Source: Mycoplasmatota bacterium (GTDB lineage Bacteria > Bacillota_I > Bacilli_A > MAG-NZ). From it: 64,000 nt of DNA. The translations under genes and the position numbers were made by a program. Under the pieces are notes generated by a model. It was not told the origin of the DNA and ran no database searches. It saw only the letters and a program-made list of their open reading frames with translations. The stretch is taken from the NCBI GenBank assembly GCA_018394315.1, contig CP074575.1:992001-1056000 (forward strand), in the 5' to 3' direction. Shown in pieces: positions 42,292 to 53,434 of this stretch. Position 1 is the stretch's first letter. Each line of letters opens with the position of its first letter.

Positions 42292-42954
42292 ATGTGGGAT
42301 GAGTTTTTAATGAAAGAAAAGAAAAAGAATTATTATAATGAGTTAATGTTAAGACTGGATTATGAATATTCTAATTTTACTGTTTATCCTAAAAGGGAGG
42401 ACTTATTCAATGCGTTTAAGTGTAAAGATGTAAAAGTAGTAATACTTGGGCAAGATCCATACCATAATCCTAATCAAGCACATGGATTAGCCTTTAGTGT
42501 GAATGATCACATAAAAACTCCTCCTTCGCTTAGAAATATATTTAAGGAACTTGCAGATGATATTGGACATAATATCCCTATGTCAGGTAATTTAAGTAAA
42601 TGGGTTGATGAAGGTGTTTTGTTATTAAATACTACTTTATCAGTTAGAAAGAATCAACCAAATAGTCATAAAAATATTGGGTGGATGACATTTACTGATA
42701 ATGTAATAAAGTATTTATCTGATCGAAATGACTCAATAGTTTTTATTCTTTGGGGTAACAATGCAAGAAGTAAAAAAAAACTTATTGATGAAAGACATTT
42801 AGTGATTGAAAGTTCACATCCTTCTCCTTTAAGTGCTAGTAGAGGTTTTTTTCAAAGTAAGCCATTTTCTAGAGCTAATGAATTTTTAATTAATAATGGA
42901 AAAGAAAGTGTCGAATGGTGCCTCGAGAATATTGACTTATTTAGTTTAAAATAG
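42292..42954 (+). CDS. ung: Uracil-DNA glycosylase
   Basis: GQDPYH, GVLLLN, HPSPLS. Confidence 0.97.
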   Translation: MWDEFLMKEKKKNYYNELMLRLDYEYSNFTVYPKREDLFNAFKCKDVKVVILGQDPYHNPNQAHGLAFSVNDHIKTPPSLRNIFKELADDIGHNIPMSGNLSKWVDEGVLLLNTTLSVRKNQPNSHKNIGWMTFTDNVIKYLSDRNDSIVFILWGNNARSKKKLIDERHLVIESSHPSPLSASRGFFQSKPFSRANEFLINNGKESVEWCLENIDLFSLK

Positions 42955-42964
42955 TATAACTATT

Positions 42965-43064
42965 ATGCAGAGTAGTTATTGAGCGTTAAGTGTTGTACCA
43001 TGGGATGTCGGGTACAAACGAACTATCTTTTGATAGGCGGTTTAATAACGCGTCCGCTAGCATA
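42965..43064 (+). ncRNA. THF riboswitch
   Basis: GCAGAGTAG...GCGTTAAGTG...GGGATGTCG...AACGAA...GCGG...CCGCT matches the THF aptamer; upstream of folT. Confidence 0.93.
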
Positions 43065-43098
43065 AAGTGGACTCTCTAATTTATTTAGGAGGGTATAT

Positions 43099-43593
43099 AT
43101 GAAGCAAACTAGAATTTTAGCCATAGGCGGCATATTAGCAGCTATGGCAATTGTTTTGAAGGTATTTTCTTTTACTACATTAGATTATCGTTTTACGTTT
43201 TACGATATTCCTTTGATGGTAGCAGGAATTGCATTTGGTCCAGTAGTTGGTGGTATTACTGGATTTGTAACTGATTGGATATATGCAACAACACATGGGT
43301 GGCCTATAGGACTTTTTACAATCTCAAGTATTCTTTGGGGATTACTACCAGGTTTACTTATGATAATGATTAAAGAAGTAAATGTAAAAGTTATCATTCT
43401 AATAGTACTAATTACTTCAATATCTGCATTTGCGATGAACACATTGGCATTATATCAATTAAGTGGTTCAGGTGTGTTCGCACTTATGCCAGCCAGAGCA
43501 ATCACAATGGTAATAAAGTGGCCAATTGAAGTTATTCTTTTATCACATATTTATCAAAGAGTAATGATACCGTTTAAAATTAAAAGAGTTTAA
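43099..43593 (+). CDS. folT: ECF S component, folate (FolT)
   Basis: Six-TM S-component pattern (FGPVVGGITGFVTD); THF riboswitch upstream. Confidence 0.88.
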   Translation: MKQTRILAIGGILAAMAIVLKVFSFTTLDYRFTFYDIPLMVAGIAFGPVVGGITGFVTDWIYATTHGWPIGLFTISSILWGLLPGLLMIMIKEVNVKVIILIVLITSISAFAMNTLALYQLSGSGVFALMPARAITMVIKWPIEVILLSHIYQRVMIPFKIKRV

Positions 43594-43607
43594 GCTCTTT
43601 TTTTTAT

Positions 43608-43623
43608 TTAGAAACGTTTTCAT
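43608..43623. promoter_or_regulatory. cre-like site upstream of gpmI
   Basis: TTAGAAACGTTTTCAT. Confidence 0.5.
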
Positions 43624-43707
43624 TTTATTAATAAATGATTAATTCATGATATTTTTGTATAATATACTAAAGGGAAATGTAAAAATGTACCTAATATGGA
43701 GGTAGTA

Positions 43708-45207
43708 ATGAAAAAACCAATAGCTTTAATAATTTTGGATGGATATGGTGTAGGTGAAAATTATAAGGGTAATGCAATTTCTTTAGCTAATACGCCAAAC
43801 ATTGATAGATTTAAAGAAATATATCCGTATCAAGAATTAGAGGCTTCAGGATTAGGTGTTGGATTACCTGAAGGACAGATGGGTAATTCAGAAGTTGGGC
43901 ATTTAAACTTAGGCGCGGGAAGAATTGTTTATCAATCTTTAACTAGAGTTAATATGTCTTTAAAAAATGGAGAATTTAAGAAAAACGAAGAGTTCTTAAA
44001 TGCAATTAACCACGCAAAAGAAAATAATAGTAAATTACATTTATTGGGATTATTGTCTGATGGTGGTGTACATTCACATATTAATCATTTTAAAGCTCTG
44101 TTCGAATTGGCTAAAGAAAATGATGTTGAAGTTTATTTACATGCGTTTACAGACGGAAGAGACACTCCTCCGAAAAGCGCAATAGATTTCCTAACTGATT
44201 TTGAAAATTTTATTTCAAAATTAGGTCATGGTAGTGTTGCTACTATTTCAGGAAGATATTATGCGATGGATAGAGATAAAAACTGGGATAGAACTCATAA
44301 TGCTTATAAAACTCTAGTAAATGGAGATGGAATAAAATATAGTACAAGTAAAGAAGCAATAGAATCATCTTATGAAAATAATATATTTGATGAGTTTATA
44401 TTACCTACTGTTATTGACAGTGAAGGAGTTATTCAAGATAATGACTCAGTTATATTTTGTAATTTTAGACCAGATAGAGCAATTCAAATTTCTACGGCTA
44501 TTACTAATATAAAAGAAACTTCAATAAATGAAAGGCAACTTGATAATATTAAGTATGTCTGTATGATGCATTACTCAGAGAGTGTTAACGGTGAATTAGC
44601 ATTCGGATTACAAAATTTAAATAATACGTTTGGTGATGTGATCTCAAGTAACGGTTTAAAGCAATTAAGAATAGCTGAGACTGAAAAATACGCTCATGTA
44701 ACTTTCTTTTTCGATGGTGGAGTTGATAAGCAATTAGAAAATTCAACAAGAGTTCTGATACCATCGCCAAAAGTAGCAACATATGATTTACAGCCTGAGA
44801 TGAGTGCTTATAAAATTACTGATAAAATGTTAGAAGAATTAGATAAGGATTATGATACTATAATCTTAAACTTCGCTAATTGTGATATGGTTGGACATAC
44901 TGGTAACGTGGAAGCTACGATTAAAGCGGTAGAAGTAGTTGATGAATGCGTTGGAAGAGTAGTGAATAAAATTATTGACAAAGGTGGAGTAGCGCTAATA
45001 ACTGCAGATCACGGAAATGCTGATAAGCTATTAGATGAGAATGGACAAATGTTTACTGCTCATACATTAAATCCAGTTCCACTAATTGTTACTGATAAAT
45101 TTATTGAGCTTACTAGTGGGAACTTAGGAGATATTGCTCCTACAATGCTAGAACTATTAAATATTAATAAACCTAAAGAAATGATTGGGAATAGTTTGAT
45201 AAAGTAA
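43708..45207 (+). CDS. gpmI: 2,3-bisphosphoglycerate-independent phosphoglycerate mutase
   Basis: MGNSEVGH, SDGGVHSH, GRYYAMDRD, DMVGH, TADHGN. Confidence 0.98.
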   Translation: MKKPIALIILDGYGVGENYKGNAISLANTPNIDRFKEIYPYQELEASGLGVGLPEGQMGNSEVGHLNLGAGRIVYQSLTRVNMSLKNGEFKKNEEFLNAINHAKENNSKLHLLGLLSDGGVHSHINHFKALFELAKENDVEVYLHAFTDGRDTPPKSAIDFLTDFENFISKLGHGSVATISGRYYAMDRDKNWDRTHNAYKTLVNGDGIKYSTSKEAIESSYENNIFDEFILPTVIDSEGVIQDNDSVIFCNFRPDRAIQISTAITNIKETSINERQLDNIKYVCMMHYSESVNGELAFGLQNLNNTFGDVISSNGLKQLRIAETEKYAHVTFFFDGGVDKQLENSTRVLIPSPKVATYDLQPEMSAYKITDKMLEELDKDYDTIILNFANCDMVGHTGNVEATIKAVEVVDECVGRVVNKIIDKGGVALITADHGNADKLLDENGQMFTAHTLNPVPLIVTDKFIELTSGNLGDIAPTMLELLNINKPKEMIGNSLIK

Positions 45208-45286
45208 GCATTAAATGATAGTATAAATTGAAAGTTAAGAGCAAACTAGTTTTGTTATTATAAATTAAGGTAAAAAGGAGATTTAA

Positions 45287-46582
<1,296 letters not shown>

Positions 46583-46646
46583 TCTAGAGAGCCATTAAAT
46601 GGCTCTTTTTTCCTTTAGTTATCGCATTTTCATAATTAAATTAAAA

Positions 46647-46675
46647 TTGACATAAACTATAAAATGAAGTATAAT
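46647..46675 (+). promoter_or_regulatory. Consensus sigma-A promoter
   Basis: TTGACA (46647)-17 bp-TATAAT (46670). Confidence 0.8.
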
Positions 46676-46756
46676 TAATAATCGTGAAATAAAAATTTAA
46701 CTTCTAAAAAAATGAAGTATAATTAATAATCGTGAAATAAAAATTTAACTTCTAAA
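46661..46756. repeat. Exact 48-bp tandem duplication
   Basis: AAAATGAAGTATAATTAATAATCGTGAAATAAAAATTTAACTTCTAAA twice. Confidence 0.95.
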
Positions 46757-46762
46757 AAAAGA

Positions 46763-47782
46763 GTGACTCTTGTTGTTTATGCATCAATGACGGTGGGTAC
46801 TTTAGTTGATGAATTTGATAATAGAACTAATCTTTCTGGGGCTTTTGTTGGTGGATTATTATTAGCTGCGGTTACTAGTTTACCTGAGTTTATTACTAGT
46901 ATTACATCAACTGTAGTCTATAATGAACCCGGATTAGCGTTTGGTAATATTTTTGGTTCTAATATTTTTAATTTAGTTATATTAGCTGTAATGGATATAA
47001 TTTTTGTAAGGAAAATTGTATATACCAAAATAACTGAAATAGATAAAGCAAACAAATTATCAATTCTTATATATTTTATAATCTTAATACCTTTCATTAC
47101 TAATATATTATTAGGTAATGGTATCTTAAATATAGATATTGATAATAAATTCTTTAATATAGTTCAAAATGCTGAGATTCTAGGATTTTCCTTATTATCG
47201 ATAGCCATACTAGTTATATATTTTATTAGCGCTAAAACATTATCAGAAGGTGATGATGTAGAAAGTGAAGATAATACTGAAGGTAAATTTTCTAAGTATA
47301 GTATGAAGGTCGTTACACTCTTGTTTATCTTTTGGGCAGGTGTGTTAGTAGCTGCGAGTTACTTTATCACTGGTACTACAAATGAAATTGCTAGTTTAAC
47401 TGGACTTAGTGCATCATTTGCTGGAGCGCTATTCTTAGGAGTTGCGACTTCATTACCTGAATTAACGACATGTTATACTTTAATTAAGTTAAACAACTAT
47501 GAAGCAGCAGCGGGAGGAATTGTTGGAAGTAACATTTTCAACTTTACGATAATTGCGGTTGTAGATTTATTTGTTAAAGATAATATTATAGATTTGATTG
47601 TAAATGATCCAACAGTTAGTCAAAATGAATTAACACTATTGATTTTAGGACTAATAAATTCTATAATATTAATGTTAGCACTTATGCGTAAGAAGAAATT
47701 CGGTAGAAAAATTGTTTATTTAGTACCATCTGTGTTGATAATTACAAACTATTTGTTTTATTTGGTCATATCATTTGTTTAG
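46763..47782 (+). CDS. Na+/Ca2+ (CaCA) exchanger family protein, possibly 5'-truncated
   Basis: Two alpha repeats TSLPE...GSNIFN; GTG start without an obvious RBS. Confidence 0.85.
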   Translation: MTLVVYASMTVGTLVDEFDNRTNLSGAFVGGLLLAAVTSLPEFITSITSTVVYNEPGLAFGNIFGSNIFNLVILAVMDIIFVRKIVYTKITEIDKANKLSILIYFIILIPFITNILLGNGILNIDIDNKFFNIVQNAEILGFSLLSIAILVIYFISAKTLSEGDDVESEDNTEGKFSKYSMKVVTLLFIFWAGVLVAASYFITGTTNEIASLTGLSASFAGALFLGVATSLPELTTCYTLIKLNNYEAAAGGIVGSNIFNFTIIAVVDLFVKDNIIDLIVNDPTVSQNELTLLILGLINSIILMLALMRKKKFGRKIVYLVPSVLIITNYLFYLVISFV

Positions 47783-47793
47783 GAGGAATTGTT

Positions 47794-48042
47794 ATGAACT
47801 TTTTGTGGGTAGATATTTTATTAATAATCGTTGGAGTTTTCTTGATTACACTAGTTGTTTTACAAGGAACTAAGGATGATGTAGCTAGAGCTTTTTCTGG
47901 GGAAAAGTCTGAATTATTTGCTAATAAAAAAGAACGTGGATTTGAGTTATTATTAAGTAGAGTTACTTATGGTACTGCATTCGTATTCTTAGCGTTAGCA
48001 TTTACTGCAACATTCGTAGTTGAGCGCGGTTTATTAGGTTAA
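47794..48042 (+). CDS. secG: Preprotein translocase subunit SecG
   Basis: Two TM helices, AFSG..ELF..KKERGFE; secG-rnr-smpB-ssrA synteny. Confidence 0.93.
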   Translation: MNFLWVDILLIIVGVFLITLVVLQGTKDDVARAFSGEKSELFANKKERGFELLLSRVTYGTAFVFLALAFTATFVVERGLLG

Positions 48043-48120
48043 GAACACCCAGATGGTGTTCTTTTTTTTGATAAATGTATTTAAGATGGAAAACTATACA
48101 AAATATAGTGGAGGTGTAAT

Positions 48121-50295
48121 ATGAAAGAAAGACTACTTGAACTTATTACTAAACCAACCACAATAGAAGAATTAAAGGATGTACTAGCAATAACTGATGC
48201 TAGTAATTTTAGGTTACTAGTTAAATCTTTAAATGAATTAGAAGATGAAGGATATTTAGTAATTAGCGGTGACTATTATGATTTAGCTATTAATCATGGT
48301 GTTTATATTGGTGAGTTAAGTATAAATAAAAAAGGTTTTGGTTTTTTAGAAACTGAAAGTTTAAAAGATGATATATATATACCTAAAAGTGACTTATCTA
48401 ATGCAATGCATAGAGATAAGGTTTTAGTTAAAGTAACTAGAGACAAAGGTCATGGTTTAAAAACTGAAGGAAAAGTAATTAGAATACTAGAAAGAAAGAA
48501 TGAATATATAATTGGTACCTTTATTGAGAATAGAGATAATGGTTATGTTAAACCAGATGATTCAATATTTGCAAAAAGAATCCAAATAGTTAAGAAGAAA
48601 TCTTTAGGTGCTGTAACTAATCATAAAGTAAGAGTTAAAATAGTAGATTATTTTAAAGATCTTATAAAGGGTGAAGTAGTAGAAATACTTGGACATAAGA
48701 ATGACCCAGGTATGGATATTTTAAGTATTGTTTATAAGCATCACTTTAGACCGGAATTTCCAAAAGAAGTTCTAAAAGAAATAGAAGATATAAATGAAGT
48801 AAGTGAATATGATTTAGATAACAGAGTAGATTTAAGAGATAAGTTATTTATCACAATTGATGGTGCTGACGCTAAAGATTTAGATGATGCAGTATGTTTA
48901 GAAAAGAAGGGCGAGAATTTCGTTTTAAGCGTAAGTATCGCAGATGTAAGTTATTATGTTAAAGAAGATTCTAAACTAGATAAGGAGGCTCTTAAACGTT
49001 CTACAAGTGTATATTTAGTTGATAGGGTTATTCCAATGATACCTCATAAGTTATCTAATGGGATATGTTCGTTAAATCCTAATGTAGATAGACTAACTTT
49101 AACATGCGAAATGGAATTAGATAAACATGGTACAGTTATAAATCATGATATTTTTCAATCAGTAATAAATTCTAAATACCGAATGACTTATACTGAGGTT
49201 AATGATATTTTAAAAGGTGATAAGGAAACACAGACAAAATATGCTAATATAGTATCGCTATTTTATGATATGAATAGGTTAGCTAAAGTCCTTAATTCAA
49301 GAAGAAGTAAACGTGGATCTATTAATTTTGAAACGAATGAACCAAAGATTTTAGTTGATGAAACAGGTTTTCCTATTGAAATATTTGTAAGAGATAGAGA
49401 AGATTCAGAAAAACTAATTGAAGAGTTTATGTTAGTAGCAAATGAAACTGTTGCTGAACACTTCCATTGGTTGAATTATCCGTTTATTTACCGTGTTCAT
49501 GAAGAACCAAATGAAGATAAATTAAAAAATTTATTTAAACTTACTGGAATGTTAGGCTTTAAAGTAAAAGGTACAACTAACTCAGTACATCCAAGTGCAT
49601 TGCAAGATTTACTTAAGTCAATAGAGGGTCTTCCAGAAGAACGAGTGATTAATACTCTTATGCTTAGAAGTATGGCAAAAGCAAAGTACTCTAATCAGTC
49701 ACTTGGTCATTACGGATTAGCTACTAAATTCTATACACATTTTACTTCGCCAATAAGAAGGTATCCTGATTTAATGGTACATAGATTAATTAGAGAGTTT
49801 ATTATAAATGAAAATGTTGATAGAAGATCTATAAAACATTATGATTTAATAATGCCTGAAATAGCAAATCAAACAAGTAAGAAAGAACGAGATGCAGTAA
49901 ACTGCGAACGAGATGTTGATTCAATGAAAATGGCTGAATATATGATTGATAAAGTTGGTCAAGAATTTGAAGGTATTGTTTCTAGTGTTACCTCATTTGG
50001 AATGTTCGTAGAAGTAGATAGAGCTATTGAAGGATTAGTGCATATAAATGACATGAAAGATGACTATTACGAATACCATCAAGATAGATACATCCTAGTT
50101 GGTAGAAGAAGCAAAAAGGTGTATACTATAGGGGATAAAGTTAAAATCAAATGTATTAATGCTAATAAAGAAGAAGCTAAAATTGATTTTGAATTAATTA
50201 GCGGAAAAGAAAGAAGAGCAAGAAGAACTGAAGGTGAGAGAAATGCCCAAAGGAGAGGGAAGAATAATCGCTCAAAACAAAAAAGCAAGACATGA
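48121..50295 (+). CDS. rnr: Ribonuclease R
   Basis: [27 protein letters not shown] and S1 domains. Confidence 0.97.
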   Translation: MKERLLELITKPTTIEELKDVLAITDASNFRLLVKSLNELEDEGYLVISGDYYDLAINHGVYIGELSINKKGFGFLETESLKDDIYIPKSDLSNAMHRDKVLVKVTRDKGHGLKTEGKVIRILERKNEYIIGTFIENRDNGYVKPDDSIFAKRIQIVKKKSLGAVTNHKVRVKIVDYFKDLIKGEVVEILGHKNDPGMDILSIVYKHHFRPEFPKEVLKEIEDINEVSEYDLDNRVDLRDKLFITIDGADAKDLDDAVCLEKKGENFVLSVSIADVSYYVKEDSKLDKEALKRSTSVYLVDRVIPMIPHKLSNGICSLNPNVDRLTLTCEMELDKHGTVINHDIFQSVINSKYRMTYTEVNDILKGDKETQTKYANIVSLFYDMNRLAKVLNSRRSKRGSINFETNEPKILVDETGFPIEIFVRDREDSEKLIEEFMLVANETVAEHFHWLNYPFIYRVHEEPNEDKLKNLFKLTGMLGFKVKGTTNSVHPSALQDLLKSIEGLPEERVINTLMLRSMAKAKYSNQSLGHYGLATKFYTHFTSPIRRYPDLMVHRLIREFIINENVDRRSIKHYDLIMPEIANQTSKKERDAVNCERDVDSMKMAEYMIDKVGQEFEGIVSSVTSFGMFVEVDRAIEGLVHINDMKDDYYEYHQDRYILVGRRSKKVYTIGDKVKIKCINANKEEAKIDFELISGKERRARRTEGERNAQRRGKNNRSKQKSKT

Positions 50296-50704
50296 TTATC
50301 ATATTGAAGAGGAGTTAGAGTGTGGTATTGTTTTGCATGGGACTGAGATTAAATCGATTAGAAAAGGTCAAATAAATCTAAAAGATTCTTATGCTAGAAT
50401 TAAGGATGATGGTATGTATGTTATAAACATGCATATATCTCCTTATGAGCAAGGGAATCGTTTTAATCATGATCCAATTAGAGATAGAAAACTGTTATTA
50501 CATAAAAATGAAATAAGAAAACTGAATCAAAAAATACAATTACAAGGAGTTACTCTTGTTCCACTAAAAGTCTATATTAAAGATGGATATGCTAAACTAG
50601 AATTAGGTGTAGCGAAAGGTAAAAACGTAAGAGATAAAAGGCAAGACTTAAAAGCTAAACAAGCGAAAAGAGATATGGCTTCAGCCATGAAATACAAATA
50701 TTAA
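50243..50704 (+). CDS. smpB: SsrA-binding protein
   Basis: [23 protein letters not shown]; adjacent to ssrA. Confidence 0.98.
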   Translation: MPKGEGRIIAQNKKARHDYHIEEELECGIVLHGTEIKSIRKGQINLKDSYARIKDDGMYVINMHISPYEQGNRFNHDPIRDRKLLLHKNEIRKLNQKIQLQGVTLVPLKVYIKDGYAKLELGVAKGKNVRDKRQDLKAKQAKRDMASAMKYKY

Positions 50705-50748
50705 CACTTGATAATAATTTATAAATAATATATTATTATTAAGCATAT

Positions 50749-51096
50749 GGGGTTGTTACGGATTCGACGGGGTACGTGGAGTATTGTAAGCATGTCTTGG
50801 TTGCGCAAGTAAAAACGTTCGAGGTTTAATAACCGGAAACAAACAACAATTAGCATTCGCGTAATATAAACGCATGCATCGCTCCTAACTGGTGCCTATA
50901 CAGTTAGTGTAGCGATACGTTCATAGGCTGGGTTATAGTTGTGCCGTCTTAACAATTGTAACTAAGATCAATAAGACTCGCGAACGAATCGGGTGTCTAT
51001 TCCCAGTTCTAAGCTAAATCTAATAATAGAATAAACATGTAGAAAGCAGTATAAAATTTGCTTCGGACGGGGGTTCGACTCCCCCCAACTCCACCA
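50749..51096 (+). ncRNA. ssrA: tmRNA; tag peptide (A)GNKQQLAFA at 50835-50864
   Basis: 5' GGGGTTGTTACGGATTCGAC, 3' GGTTCGACTCCCCCCAACTCCACCA; TTGATA-17-TATTAT promoter upstream. Confidence 0.97.
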
Positions 51097-51125
51097 AAAA
51101 AATCGCTTAGATTACCCAGAAAGTA

Positions 51126-52112
51126 CTACTTCAGTTGTTGGGGGTTAGTTGAAAGGGGATTATCTAAATTTAATATATTTATAGGTGTACATACCTTATG
51201 CTCATCTTTAAGTTTATTATTGGATAAATGTAGATATTTTTGTGTAATTGTTATACTTGAATGTCCTAGTGTTTTTCTAATAAACTCTAAACTTGCGCCT
51301 TGTTCTAAACAAGTAGTAGCATATGTATGCCTGAATTTATGAAAACTCAAACTTATCTCACCAGGTAGATTGAGTTTTCTTTTTATTTCCTCAAAAAATT
51401 TATACATCCCATAGTAAGTTAATTGTCTTCTCGATATGTCATCTATTAATAGATAATCCGTAGGCTTAACAACTGATATATATTCTTCAATACTTTGCTT
51501 AGTATAATCTGTTATAAAGACACTTCTATGTTTCTTAGTTTTTGTAAACTTAAGGTTTATTTGGTTATTTTCCAAATCTAAGTCAGTAACCTTAAGTTGT
51601 CTAAGCTCATTTCTTCTTATGCCTGTGTCTAATAAGATATACACAATCGCTCTTGATCTTAAAATATGAGGTTTAGATGGTGCTGTTTGGAAAAAAGCGA
51701 ATACAGCGTTCAATATATCTTTTTGAATAATTACTGTTTCAATATCGTCTTTGTCTAGTAGTTTAAAATTACTCATTGGATTAGTATCTATATATTCTTG
51801 TGACACACAGTATTTCAGAGCTTGTTTGAGAGTCTCCAGCCTCTTGTTTATGGTATTGTTCTTATTACCTTTTGCCTTCTCGAACTCGATGAATCTATAT
51901 ATACTATTGTTTGTTATATCCTTGGTAGTGTTAACTTTTATTCGTTTAAGGTAACTAATAATCACATCTAAATGTTTATTATAGTACTTATACGTTTCAT
52001 ATCTATTGGTGTGCTTGCACCTATTTAAGTATATAGTTCTTACCTCATCTAAAGGTAGACCTTTATCATTTTTCTTGATTAACTCTGAGATTAAGTTCTC
52101 AATGGTATTCAT
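51126..52112 (-). CDS. Tyrosine recombinase/integrase
   Basis: DTGIRRNEL, HKFRHTYAT, LGHSSITITQKYLH catalytic residues. Confidence 0.96.
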   Translation of the reverse strand: MNTIENLISELIKKNDKGLPLDEVRTIYLNRCKHTNRYETYKYYNKHLDVIISYLKRIKVNTTKDITNNSIYRFIEFEKAKGNKNNTINKRLETLKQALKYCVSQEYIDTNPMSNFKLLDKDDIETVIIQKDILNAVFAFFQTAPSKPHILRSRAIVYILLDTGIRRNELRQLKVTDLDLENNQINLKFTKTKKHRSVFITDYTKQSIEEYISVVKPTDYLLIDDISRRQLTYYGMYKFFEEIKRKLNLPGEISLSFHKFRHTYATTCLEQGASLEFIRKTLGHSSITITQKYLHLSNNKLKDEHKVCTPINILNLDNPLSTNPQQLK

Positions 52113-52201
52113 ACAATCAATCCCTTCTATATTGTTATAACTTCCATTATAAGAATTAGAAGGACAGTCTCTTACTCTCTGTTGAAAATGATTAAATAGT
52201 A

Positions 52202-52411
52202 TTATTTAGATAGATCTTTGAAAACTAGATCATCAATTGGAATGTTAAAAATCTCTTTAAGTTTCATTAGAAAATCTAACGTAGGATTTGATAGAGATCC
52301 ACTTTCATATCTGCGAAGGTAACTGTCAAAAATACCAAGCTCATCACTTAGTTGTTTTTGTGTCATTTTGGCTCCTAGACGAAGATACTTAATGTTAGAT
52401 CCTAAGAACAT
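52202..52411 (-). CDS. Xre/HTH_3 repressor (HTH only, no S24 peptidase domain)
   Basis: NIKYLRLGAKMTQKQLSDELG...YESG..NPTL; AAGGAG RBS. Confidence 0.9.
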   Translation of the reverse strand: MFLGSNIKYLRLGAKMTQKQLSDELGIFDSYLRRYESGSLSNPTLDFLMKLKEIFNIPIDDLVFKDLSK

Positions 52412-52424
52412 ACTAAACTCCTTA

Positions 52425-52483
52425 TTGACAAGAACATATATATTCTATATAATGTATTTATCAACCGAACATATATATTCTAT
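52425..52483 (+). promoter_or_regulatory. Early promoter with two operator copies
   Basis: TTGACA (52425)-17-TATAAT (52448); GAACATATATATTCTAT at 52432 and 52467. Confidence 0.85.
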
Positions 52484-52580
52484 TGTTAAGTGTAAAAACG
52501 AGAACACCTGGTCGTGTCCTAGTTTCTGTAAAGCTATAATCATTCTCAACATCTTTGATTATAGCATATTTACTGGGAAA

Positions 52581-52777
52581 TTTCTATCAGGAAGAGTCGA
52601 CATGATTCTCCTGATGGGGATAGAAAATACAATGCACGAGGATTTCATTTTAATTTCTCCTTCTATATAAGACTGCTATCAATTCGATGTTTTTATATTA
52701 TTGGACTTGGTGAGCCTGTTCCTAGATGGCAGTCGTGGGGATGGGTTCACTAAGTCCAATAATTCTATATGGGAGGA
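52581..52777 (+). ncRNA. Structured 5' leader (G-U-rich hairpins plus anti-SD pairing)
   Basis: Hairpins 52581-52620 and 52697-52763; 52658-52668 pairs with the RBS region 52767-52777. Confidence 0.6.
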
Positions 52778-52782
52778 TCTTT

Positions 52783-52959
52783 ATGTTTGTAATATATCAC
52801 AAAGGCAAACCAATGTTAGCAGGTCATGCAACTATTGAGGATGCTAAGAGAATATATGAAGAGCGTAACCCTGATGTAGTATCAAAATCAAAGAGTAACG
52901 AGCGCACAGAGCGATCAAGAAAGAGTTTTGTGGGCAATAACCCACGTCAGTTTGTATGA
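52783..52959 (+). CDS. 58-aa hypothetical early protein
   Basis: GGGAGG RBS before ATG 52783; MFVIYHKGKPML... Confidence 0.6.
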   Translation: MFVIYHKGKPMLAGHATIEDAKRIYEERNPDVVSKSKSNERTERSRKSFVGNNPRQFV

Positions 52960-52983
52960 GAGTTCTATTACGAGGGGGTTACT

Positions 52984-53142
52984 ATGGAAAATAGTCATAG
53001 AGTGATAAAAAGTATCAATAAAATGATTGAAGACCTATGCAATGTTACTGAGTATAAGAGTGAACATTTTAATGATTGTAATTGGGATTGTAAAACATGT
53101 TCGCATAGAGAGTATTGTGAAGATTCAGACTTGTATTTATAA
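52984..53142 (+). CDS. 52-aa Cys-rich protein (not in ORF track)
   Basis: GAGGGGG RBS; MENSHRVIKSINKMIEDLCNVTEYKSEHFNDCNWDCKTCSHREYCEDSDLYL*. Confidence 0.7.
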   Translation: MENSHRVIKSINKMIEDLCNVTEYKSEHFNDCNWDCKTCSHREYCEDSDLYL

Positions 53143-53166
53143 ACGATCACAGAGTTATTACTATCA

Positions 53167-53412
53167 GCCAAAATTGGCGCGTGCGGCTACGCCGCTATTG
53201 TGCTCTGCTCTTTGTTTTTGTTATAAAAACAAATAAATGCCAGCAAGCTGTCATCGTATTTATTTTTATTATAGTTTTGGTTTTTTGGTTTATACGTTTT
53301 CGTACAGTGCGCGCCAGTAGCATTGTTGCCGAAAGTGCGACATGCTTCCGCTCTCGATGGGAACAGCTTAGACCCATTTCTTCCATTGTGTTTTTGGATG
53401 AACTGGGCTAGA
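53167..53412. other. Multi-hairpin non-coding element with GC-rich stems (ncRNA or single-strand origin/packaging signal)
   Basis: Closing stem 53175-53182/53309-53316 around four hairpins, plus a GAAA-tetraloop hairpin at 53319-53346 and a further hairpin at about 53369-53410. Confidence 0.55.
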
Positions 53413-53434
53413 CGATATATCAGGGAGGGATATT

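Noticed and set aside
51060..51096. tRNA gene
   Set aside because: The T-arm and CCA belong to the tRNA-like domain of tmRNA.
51058..51342. 94-aa + strand ORF
   Set aside because: Overlaps the tmRNA 3' end and is antisense to the integrase.
52432..52483. Gram-positive SOS (LexA/Cheo) boxes
   Set aside because: The pattern is GAAC-N6-ATTC rather than GAAC-N4-GTTC; better explained as element repressor operators.
52559..52648. 29-aa minus-strand ORF with AAGGAG RBS
   Set aside because: The apparent RBS is equally explained as the + strand anti-SD of the structured leader; no motif support, so it is left uncalled.
52368..52670. 100-aa ORF as a Cro protein
   Set aside because: Starts inside the repressor gene, spans promoter and operators, and has no HTH or RBS.
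53027..53411. ORFs 53027-53236, 53181-53411 and 53195-53386
   Set aside because: No RBS; they overlap the better-supported Cys-rich ORF and the hairpin island.
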